From a virus, in the IMG/VR virus record IMGVR_UViG_3300045988_134432, positions 1 through 41,715 of that record: DNA of 41,715 nt. One strand, 5' to 3'. The notes below the pieces were generated by a model. That model saw nothing but the letters and a program-made list of their open reading frames with translations. It was not told the origin of the DNA and did no database searches. This document shows, piece by piece, positions 1 to 8,600 of this stretch. The first letter of the stretch is position 1, and the number at the start of each line of letters is the position of its first letter. Made by a program: the position numbers and the translations under genes.

Positions 1-119
1 ACCTCCGCCTATCACTCTTACTTTTTCTTTTGTTTCAAAACATATTACAGATTTCAACATATTCTTCTCCTTTTTCTTGAAATTCTTTTATTTTTGCGTA
101 TAATATAATCAAAAAAAAC
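1..119. repeat. Terminal direct repeat, left copy (identical to 41597-41715); circular-assembly overlap or terminal redundancy
   Basis: Base-by-base comparison shows that 1-119 equals 41597-41715. The repeat carries the 5' end of the minus-strand ORF 41456..41656 and the promoter of the plus-strand gene at 138. Confidence 0.9.
77..104 (+). promoter_or_regulatory. Sigma-70-like promoter TTGAAA-16 nt-TATAAT upstream of the Abi-alpha-like gene
   Basis: TTGAAA lies at 77-82 and TATAAT at 99-104, with a 16-nt spacer. The AAAGGA RBS is at 122-127 and the ATG at 138. Confidence 0.5.
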
Positions 120-137
120 AAAAAGGATGTGATTAAA

Positions 138-929
138 ATGAACAACGCACTCGATGATCTTTCCAAAGGTGTCGCAAAAGCTCTTGATACTGTTCCCGAG
201 TTATATCACGATACTCTTCAACCAGCAGCACAAGAAACTGGCAAAGTTATTGCCCGAATACCTCGTGCTATTAACGCAGCATTCTCTGGGCTTGATAGAT
301 GGATTTTAAATAAAGAGTATAGCATCGAAGAAACTAAGAAACTTCTTGCTCAAAAACTTGATAATGTCGATCCCGAAAAAATTGTTGAACCAGAACCATA
401 TGTTGCTGTTCCTGCAATTCAAGCAATTTCCTATGCAATGAATAGTGATGAATTGCGTAATCTATATGCCAATCTTCTTGCCAAATCTATGATTAAAGAT
501 ACAAAAGATACTGTTCATCCCTCTTTTGTTGAAATAATCAAGCAGATGTCTCCTATAGATGCACGTATATTTCAATTAATAATGAATGCTGGGTCTCGAC
601 CTCTTATTAATCTAAGAGTAAAAAGGGAACATGGTGGTTCATATCCAATTCAATATCACTGCTCATGGATACAAGATTTTTCAATTAAACAATGTGCAAC
701 ATCGCTTGATAGTTTATTGCGCTTAGGTTTAATTGAAATCCCATTCGACGGATATTACACCGACGAAAAAATATATAATCATGTAAAACAAAATCCTCTA
801 TTTAAAAAATTAGAACAATCCCATAAAAATTCTCTACCACCTGGAGAAACACTGGATTATGAAAAGTCTTACATAAAACTTCCTGATCTTTCTTTATTAT
901 TCTATGAAGTATGTGTCCTTAATCCTTAA
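138..929 (+). CDS. Abi-alpha / DUF4393-like protein (candidate abortive-infection or exclusion moron)
   Basis: The ORF track gives 129..929. The GTG at 129 sits 1 nt after the RBS, whereas the ATG at 138 has 10-nt spacing, so 138 is preferred. The motif pattern matches what I recognise as Pfam Abi_alpha (formerly DUF4393): PAAQETGK, EPEPYVAVPAIQAISY, LRNLYANLLAKSM, VHPSFVEIIKQMSPIDARIF. The gene has its own promoter and terminator and runs opposite to the flanking late genes. Confidence 0.65.
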   Translation: MNNALDDLSKGVAKALDTVPELYHDTLQPAAQETGKVIARIPRAINAAFSGLDRWILNKEYSIEETKKLLAQKLDNVDPEKIVEPEPYVAVPAIQAISYAMNSDELRNLYANLLAKSMIKDTKDTVHPSFVEIIKQMSPIDARIFQLIMNAGSRPLINLRVKREHGGSYPIQYHCSWIQDFSIKQCATSLDSLLRLGLIEIPFDGYYTDEKIYNHVKQNPLFKKLEQSHKNSLPPGETLDYEKSYIKLPDLSLLFYEVCVLNP

Positions 930-950
930 TAACTGCAAATCATTTAATTT

Positions 951-975
951 GGTGCATGATATCATGCACCTTTTT
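951..975 (+). terminator. Rho-independent terminator of the Abi-alpha-like gene
   Basis: A perfect 20-bp palindrome GGTGCATGATATCATGCACC (951-970) is followed by TTTTT (971-975). Confidence 0.75.
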
Positions 976-1042
976 CTGCTATTTTGAAATTATGCTGCTT
1001 AACTATAACTTCTTTTAGTTAACTAAAAAGATTTTGTCTATT

Positions 1043-3511
1043 TTATAACTCTGAATTTTCAACCTTGTTAAGATGATTACTAACATCAGCAGTTAATACT
1101 AGATTTCCAGATATATAACAACTTGTCTGAGTGGCAGATACAGTGATGTCTTTTACTGTATTATCCCTGACAATGTTATCAATCAAATTTAAATTCGTTG
1201 TTTTTTGGCTAATATTAATTCCAGTTTTATTTCCTATAACCACATTGTCTTTGATTGTAACATTTTCAAATGATGTCTCAAGAATCCCCGGTTTTTCGTT
1301 TCCTAAGCAAATTCCATTTCCTGTATTATCTCTTATCAAATTATTTTGAATAACGATTGATTTATTTTGGTAATCGCTGAAAAATCCACCATTTGCATTT
1401 TCGTATGCCTCATTACCGTCGAATATAACGTGTTGTCCACCACGCACTCCAAAACCGTAATTTCTGCCATTTCTGCAAATATTATTTGCAATAATCACTC
1501 CTTTTGGATAGGTAGGTGTTCTGTGTGCTGCATCTCCGAATACATGCTGATCCTCTAGAAAGATTCCAAAATGTCCGCAGTTATCACAAATACAGTTTCT
1601 CACAATAAAATTTTCATTTTCCCATGCTCCCGTTCCAATTCCGACTCCTGCACCACCGGGGCTGTTATCTGCATGGATGCGTCCAGACTCGTAACAATAA
1701 ATAGAGTCGATTACCACATTGTCAAGGAAATCAATTCCAAGAGATGTAGCAGGAGTACCAATTAATCTTAAGTCACGCCACACACAGTTTTTAACATATT
1801 GATAAAAAAATGCCTTGCCATCACTTGAATATGTATCTATCGTACACTCTTCGCCATTTACCGTAAAATTTCTATAAGTACATCCCTCGATTGGAGTTTT
1901 GTTTGTTGCACTGTTATAGCCAAACATACAAACACCCTGTGAGCTATGTCCTGTCATTTTAAACACCGAATCCGTTAATGATTCCCCAACAATAGACACG
2001 TTACTTTTTGCTTTTATGCAACATTTACAACCACCAGTTCCCTCGATATATTGTCCATTTGATGTATCGAATTTATATGTACCTATTGGAACGTAAATCG
2101 TTCCACCACCATTTTGTGACAATTCATCGACCATTTGTTGAAATTTCAAAGAATTATCATCCGCATCCTGTGTGATTCCATAATCAAGCACATTATGATA
2201 CATTCCTAAAGCATCTCGCATCTTCAAAAAGTTTGCTTCAACGTTTTTATTTAATGTTTCAACTGTCTTGAATCCATTCAACCAATCATTTAATGTTGGT
2301 TCCTCTTTTAACCATAAAATGGATAGTTTATCTTTGTTAGCCCATGTATCGTTATCTACACCAAACCATCCACAATTTTCTTTATAAACTTCACAATAAA
2401 TCGTCTGCGTGCCACTTAATTTACTTTTTTCAAAGTATTGATTCAACTCCGAACAATCAAATTTACGGCATTCTGTCCATGGGTAGTTAGTTGAGTTTGC
2501 TTTTTCTGGATAGGACCATAATTGTACTGTTTTATCTTTCGCAGTCCCAATGGCTTGAGAAACACTATAACTGTAACTACTCCAATTATTTATACCGGAT
2601 TTATATGGTGCATTAACACTCCCAAACTGTCGTCCTTGTAATCTCGTTTGCATTATCATATAAATGTATGGTGTCCCAACTTCAAACGGAATCATATAGT
2701 TTCTGTTATTTGCTGACGCATTTTCTGCATTAGCATCCCCTGTTGGAGTGTAAAAATGAAATTCTTTTTTATCAATAAAATCAATCTTATCTCCAGTGAC
2801 CGCTTTATCTGCAATTTTCGATGTTGTAATAGAACCATCAGTTACTGTTGCGTTTTTTAAAGATTCCTTTAGTGAACCAATCTGCTGTCTAACTGCTTCT
2901 CCCGCACTCTTATATACAGTACCATCAGCACCTGCTCTTACATCTTTTAATTCGGCTGAACTTATATCTGTCGCAATGTCTTCATATGCTATTGTTACAA
3001 CTGCCATAAAAACATACTGCCCAACGACACTACTTGATCCCGAGTACACAGTTATAACATATTCATCGTTTGTTGACTCTACATTATAACTTGATGGGAT
3101 GCCTTTACCATTTATTGCTACTCCATCTAATGCTTTAGCAATAACATTAGCATTTATAACTGTAGGTGATTTATCCTTTATGCTTTTCAGTGTTTCATTG
3201 TCTTTGCTACTAATTTTAAATGTAAGATCGCTAGCGCTGTTGTTTCTAATAGTTGCCGAATGTACTGTTACTAGTTTTGTTGTATTTACAGTACCTGTTA
3301 GTATAGTATCGATTCTTCCATTTATTGTATTGATATTAGAATCTAACTGTTTTTGCATATTTTTGTTTTCTTCGATTACTCCTGCAACAGACTCAGGATG
3401 CCCGGTCGCATCTTTATAACATTGCTCAATGCTGTCATGGATGCTTTGCCTTACATCTCGTCCGAGCTTCTTGTGTAACAAATTATCCAGTAATTCCTGT
3501 ATTTTCGTCAT
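1043..3511 (-). CDS. Tail fibre/tailspike with C-terminal right-handed beta-helix (pectate-lyase-like depolymerase) domain
   Basis: 822 aa. The RBS AGGAGG lies 7 nt upstream of the ATG. The segment NVLDYGITQDADDNSLKFQQMVDELSQNGGGTIYVPIGTYKF is typical of the start of Pectate_lyase_3-type domains. It is followed by repeated N-x-(I/V)-x-x-N beta-helix rungs (NNICRNGRNYGF, NNLIRDNTGNGI, DNVVIGNKTGI, DNIVRDNTV). It is the last gene of the tail module. Confidence 0.75.
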   Translation of the reverse strand: MTKIQELLDNLLHKKLGRDVRQSIHDSIEQCYKDATGHPESVAGVIEENKNMQKQLDSNINTINGRIDTILTGTVNTTKLVTVHSATIRNNSASDLTFKISSKDNETLKSIKDKSPTVINANVIAKALDGVAINGKGIPSSYNVESTNDEYVITVYSGSSSVVGQYVFMAVVTIAYEDIATDISSAELKDVRAGADGTVYKSAGEAVRQQIGSLKESLKNATVTDGSITTSKIADKAVTGDKIDFIDKKEFHFYTPTGDANAENASANNRNYMIPFEVGTPYIYMIMQTRLQGRQFGSVNAPYKSGINNWSSYSYSVSQAIGTAKDKTVQLWSYPEKANSTNYPWTECRKFDCSELNQYFEKSKLSGTQTIYCEVYKENCGWFGVDNDTWANKDKLSILWLKEEPTLNDWLNGFKTVETLNKNVEANFLKMRDALGMYHNVLDYGITQDADDNSLKFQQMVDELSQNGGGTIYVPIGTYKFDTSNGQYIEGTGGCKCCIKAKSNVSIVGESLTDSVFKMTGHSSQGVCMFGYNSATNKTPIEGCTYRNFTVNGEECTIDTYSSDGKAFFYQYVKNCVWRDLRLIGTPATSLGIDFLDNVVIDSIYCYESGRIHADNSPGGAGVGIGTGAWENENFIVRNCICDNCGHFGIFLEDQHVFGDAAHRTPTYPKGVIIANNICRNGRNYGFGVRGGQHVIFDGNEAYENANGGFFSDYQNKSIVIQNNLIRDNTGNGICLGNEKPGILETSFENVTIKDNVVIGNKTGINISQKTTNLNLIDNIVRDNTVKDITVSATQTSCYISGNLVLTADVSNHLNKVENSEL

Positions 3512-4961
3512 TATTGCTTACCTCCTGCATCTGAATTGTCTTAACTGTTCCTGTTTTATCTGCAAAATATAAAATTCCATTCTCGACATATAGCTTTCCG
3601 TCTGTTTCCGGATAGTTGTCGGTTGAATGAAATTCTATTGTTTTCCCTACTTGCATTGTTCCCTCATTATTTGATATATAAGGGACATTTCCATATTTTT
3701 CTCCAACTACCCTATTTCCAATATTTTTTTGAATTTCTTGTACCGTACCTGCTGCACCTTTAGCTTTTTCTGCTGCTTCTTTTGCACTTTTTTCTGCGGC
3801 AGCAGATTTGGCCACTGCATCTGTAGATGCTACGGATAGAGTCTGTATCATGCCTTTTACATTATTTGTTCCTGCAACAGTGTCAGTCAGTGAACTAATT
3901 GTTCTTCCTAATGTTATCTTATTATTGGCCGGATTCTCTAAATCTAGTTCGTACTTACTTACAAGATAGTACGTGCTCACATCTCCGAATGTGCTCATGA
4001 TTCCATGCTGTGTAGAAATGCAAGGAACAAGATCTCCAAGTCTGATTGCGTTAATATCAACATCAATCATATGCAGATCAACAGCTGTAAGTTCAATCGT
4101 GATTGCTAAGTTGATGCACTTCTGCAGATATTTATTTGCTTCTTCCAGTAGTTTGTCTGGATCATATACCTCAGAGAAATCAACCTTGTCATAAATCCAA
4201 CCATACAAATTTACTGCGTCTTGGTTATATACGTAATCTGTTCCATTGTGTCCATTTGCTGTTGTGATTGTCACGTTGTCTTTTCCAACTGGTATAATCG
4301 CTGTTTTAATGTCTTCTGCTTTAGAGTATTTCTTCAGATCAAGAAGATTTTCTCCAAATCTGATAACCTGATTACTTACATTTCCGTATCGTTTCACATA
4401 ATCGAGGTATCTCACATCATCCTCATGACGGACACGAAGATACCCATCATATTTCTCTAAAAAATTAGAATTAATAAAATCCCAAGTTTTCTCATAATTT
4501 GTCGATAAACTTGGGATCGTAACACTTTCAATATCGATCACACCGATTTCAAATCTCTTTGCTTCCTCTACCTGTGAATTATGTTCGTGAATTAATCTTT
4601 TAAAAATCTCTATATTGGTATCTGCTGTCCCAGCTTCTGTTGTTTCGGTTCCGTAATTATGCGGTCGCTGAATTGAATCTAACAAAAAAGACAACTCTCC
4701 TTCACAAGAGATTTGCCCTGTATTCTGAAAATCTTTTTCATCCGTTAAACTTCTTCCGGAAAATAACAGTTCAACATCTTCATAAACATCGATTCGAGAT
4801 TTTAACTTATTGATATCGTTAACGTGAGGATGCGTTTGTAACATCCCAAAATCAAGATTTCCTGTTTTATTTAGTTCTAATGATATCTTAGGGCTAAGCA
4901 CCATATAATCCGGATCGCGGACATCGTGCAGTGTTTTCCCGTCACATAGTATCTTATACAT
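3483..4961 (-). CDS. Tail-associated (Tal-like) minor structural protein, prophage-tail N-terminal domain
   Basis: 492 aa. The N-terminus MYKILCDGKTLHDVRDPDYMVLSPKISLELNKTGNLDFGM is the usual start of Firmicutes 'phage minor structural protein, N-terminal region' proteins. The gene sits directly after Dit. Confidence 0.7.
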   Translation of the reverse strand: MYKILCDGKTLHDVRDPDYMVLSPKISLELNKTGNLDFGMLQTHPHVNDINKLKSRIDVYEDVELLFSGRSLTDEKDFQNTGQISCEGELSFLLDSIQRPHNYGTETTEAGTADTNIEIFKRLIHEHNSQVEEAKRFEIGVIDIESVTIPSLSTNYEKTWDFINSNFLEKYDGYLRVRHEDDVRYLDYVKRYGNVSNQVIRFGENLLDLKKYSKAEDIKTAIIPVGKDNVTITTANGHNGTDYVYNQDAVNLYGWIYDKVDFSEVYDPDKLLEEANKYLQKCINLAITIELTAVDLHMIDVDINAIRLGDLVPCISTQHGIMSTFGDVSTYYLVSKYELDLENPANNKITLGRTISSLTDTVAGTNNVKGMIQTLSVASTDAVAKSAAAEKSAKEAAEKAKGAAGTVQEIQKNIGNRVVGEKYGNVPYISNNEGTMQVGKTIEFHSTDNYPETDGKLYVENGILYFADKTGTVKTIQMQEVSNNDENTGITG

Positions 4962-5681
4962 CTACAAACTACCTCCCCGATAATCAACAGAAACTGTCCC
5001 ATTTCCTGTAAACGTTAAAAGGTTATCCCCTTCTGATAACCAGATATCGAACACTTTACTTTTGCCCTTTGGAAGATCATAAGTGGCCCCGTTATATGTA
5101 ACCTGCATTGGTGTATCGCATTCGATCACAGGGATCACTCTCTTTCTTCTTCCATAAATATTTAGCTCGTATTTTCCAGAAACTTTGATGTTTCCATATT
5201 CACGGATGATATCAGTTTCAAAATTAAAATCATCCCATAACCAATCTTCCAGAGACGAAGCAACTTCATACTTATATGGATCAACTTCTCCGGACATTAC
5301 AAGCTTTCCATTTATACGATCTGTCTTTTCGACATCAATCGTAAGTCGGCCAATGTAATAAAAAGATGGATCAGTATCGAGTATGATCTTCATTTTCTTA
5401 CCAACCAGGTAATTTGCAATGTCCGATACAATAGATCCCCATTCAAAAAAGTCTTCGTCTGGAGTTTCAAATTCTAAGGAAAGACTACGATTCTTGTACT
5501 TCACATCTCCGCCAGTAACCGCTTCAGTGATATCCAGTGTTCCATCTGCTCCTTGAATATCCAGTTCATATGTTTTTGGTTCCGGAAAACCAAGAGTGAT
5601 CGCAGTCCATCCAAGATTCCAATCCTTTAAGGTATGTTTTTCTCCGATCGTGACTCCTAATGTTCCTGGCATACTATACAC
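4962..5681 (-). CDS. Distal tail protein (Dit, Sipho_tail family)
   Basis: 239 aa. The gene lies immediately downstream of, and overlaps, the end of the tape measure gene, which is the conserved siphovirus TMP-Dit-Tal order. Confidence 0.7.
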   Translation of the reverse strand: MYSMPGTLGVTIGEKHTLKDWNLGWTAITLGFPEPKTYELDIQGADGTLDITEAVTGGDVKYKNRSLSLEFETPDEDFFEWGSIVSDIANYLVGKKMKIILDTDPSFYYIGRLTIDVEKTDRINGKLVMSGEVDPYKYEVASSLEDWLWDDFNFETDIIREYGNIKVSGKYELNIYGRRKRVIPVIECDTPMQVTYNGATYDLPKGKSKVFDIWLSEGDNLLTFTGNGTVSVDYRGGSL

Positions 5682-8600
5682 CTCCTCTTGATTTTCGTGT
5701 TGCTCTTGTACTTAATTCTGTGTCCATGTAAGGAGCGATTACTCTTGTAATCTCTCGACCATCTACAATCACAGGCACCTCAATTCGTTCTGGTCCAGTA
5801 TAGACTACTGATTCTGATCCATTAGCTGAATCTGTTTGCATAACTGGCTGCATTCTTGTTGTGATCGTCTGCATCTGCAGGTTAATCGCATCCTGCATCC
5901 TTGACTGAATATCTTGAACGTTCAACTTCGCTTTTGCAAATTTCTGTGCCATGTTCTGAGAAATCGTTCCCATTTGTTTATACAAATTTGGCGCTTCTTT
6001 TTCATGTCCTTTGATTGCTCCCTGAATATCATAAGAACCAATCTTTGCAAATTCTCGAGATGGGGAATGAATCTTAAGTGTCTTTTTGGCTGTCTTAATA
6101 ATATTCTGGCAGATCTTTTTCATGGATTTGCTGAGGTTTCTGGTTTCGCTTTCCATACCCGCAGTTAACCCTTTAGCAATATTAACTCCTGCCTGTTTCA
6201 TCTCTTTCTGCAGATCATCTGTGACTGTTTTCATTTCAGATTCATAATTTGCTTGAAGTTTTGCGAGATCATCTCCAAAGAAGTTTTCAGAAAATGTTTT
6301 GGACATGCTCTGTTGCTGATTCCACTTATTAATGTAAGCCTGCTGCTCAGCTTCTGACATATGCTGAAACCATGCCATATAAGCATTTCCCGCATCAATA
6401 TCCATTCCAAGAATCTTTTCCATCATAGATTCAGGAATCTTGTTTTCTAGCGACTTCAAGTTCTTTTGATACTTTTCAATATCCATGATATTCTGATCAA
6501 GGTTATAGATATTTCCCCAAGCCTGCTGTTTATCAGTTAAACTATCCATCTTGCTCTTGATGTTGTTATACGCTTCCTGGTATTCATCTGACAGTTCCTG
6601 TAGTTTTTCCTGTGCAATCTTATTTAATCGATCAGCTTCTTTCTCAAATGCATCATTGTATGCTGCTGCCGTTTTTTCTCCCGCAATTTTTAATTGCTTT
6701 TCTTCTGCAGCATTCTGCTTCTTTAACTTTTTCAGCTGTTTTTTTAATTTTGCTTTTTTCTTTTTATTTTTTGTCTTACTGATCTTATCTTGAAGATTTT
6801 TCTCTGCTGTATCGTGCTTCGAAGAAACTTTACTTGTCTGCTGATCAATGATTTCTTGTACAGTTTCTGATGATCTTGACTTGGCCGTGTTGAGTGCTTC
6901 GGATATACCAGACACAAGGTTGTTTCCGATGTCGGAATAATTTCCTTTTTTCGATGCACTCTTAGCTGCATATAACGCTTCATTTACAGCTAGATTCATT
7001 TCTGCATTGAGTTCTGTCTGTCCTTCTCTGACACCCTTTGCTACACCTTTTGGAATATTCTTACCAACCGCATCTTTATATACACGAGATGGAGAATGGA
7101 TTCCTAAGGCTGTTGCTGTAGCTTCTACCGATGCGTTAGCCATCTCTCCAGAAGCATCTTCCACATCTTTCGTATGCTTTCGGATACCTGCTGCCATTCC
7201 TAACGGCATCCATTTTCCTACGTCACTATCCATAACACGGGATGGTGAATGAATCTTACCTTCTGCTTTTGCGGCTACAACTGCTGCTCTTACTGTTTCT
7301 CTTGCGGCTGCTGATACAGCACCGGAATTTGATCTGATACCAGATGCAATTCCTGCAGATAAATTGCTACCAACGGATACAAAAGAAGATTTCTGCGCAC
7401 TTGCTCCGGAAGAACCTGCTTTAGCTACTTTTGAACCGGCACTTTTTGCAGCTCCAGATTTTGATGCAATACCTTTTGCAAAATCATTTCCAAGTTTTGC
7501 TCCTGCCTTTTTAGCAGCACCATCATTTGCAGCTAGAGTTTTTGTAGCTGTGCTTTTCAAAGTTTTACTACTACTTTTCACCTCAGTAGATGCCTTTTTT
7601 GCTTCCTTTGGAAATGCACCAAATGTTGTTTTTGCACTTTGAGTATTATCTGTAGCCGGTATCTTAGAAGCCTTTTTAATTTCGGTCTGATTTTTCTTCA
7701 AACTACTTGATGCTTCATTTGAAGCCTTTGCGACTTTTTTTAATGAATTAGTAGTTGCAGAATTATCAGGCGCTTTTAACTTTGTATTGCTTTCAATTTT
7801 CTTTTTTGCATCACTTGTCTTTTGAGCTGTTTTCTCTGACTCTTTTCCTACCGCATCGGTCAATTGTTTTACTGCAGCTTGAACAGATATTTGTCCTTGC
7901 GCAACTCTGGTTGCTAATTCTGTTGGAACTTTTGATCCTTCAATTCCTGCCTTATCTATCATATCCTGAAAAGATACCAAATTACTCAGTGCCTTAACTG
8001 CTTCTTCAGGTTTCATACTTCCAGATGTAATACCATTTGCCAAATAATCAGGTACTTCAATTCCACCTTGTAATGCCTTAGTTTTTAATCCTTCAAATGT
8101 AACTAGATTCTCAACAGCTTTTATAGAGGCTGGAACAGCATACTGTCCGGAACTAATTCCCTGTGCAATACTGTCCGGAACTTCTTTTCCTTTATCTTTT
8201 ACTTGCTGAATTAAATCTTCCCAGTTAATTGCATTTCCAAGCTGTGTTGCTGCGGTTTTAAATGAAACAGATCCATCAGAAATACCTTGTGCCAAATACT
8301 GTGGGATCTTCATTCCCTGTTCTTGCATCTTGGCCAACTGATCAGAATTAACCAGATCATCTAATTTGATCAGACTCTTTAATTCTTTTCCAGAGGTTGG
8401 ATTTGCGTAAACACCCTGTTTGATTCCCTCTCCAACAGATTTTGGAATATCACTCGCTTTAATCTTTGCCTGTTTGGCCAGGTCATCTAAGGATTTCAGA
8501 TACTCTGTATAATTTGTCTGAGCTGTATATTTGTCTGTATATGTAGTCAATTCTTTTTGTGCTGCATTTAAATTTTTACCACTTTGCTCAACTGCCTTAT

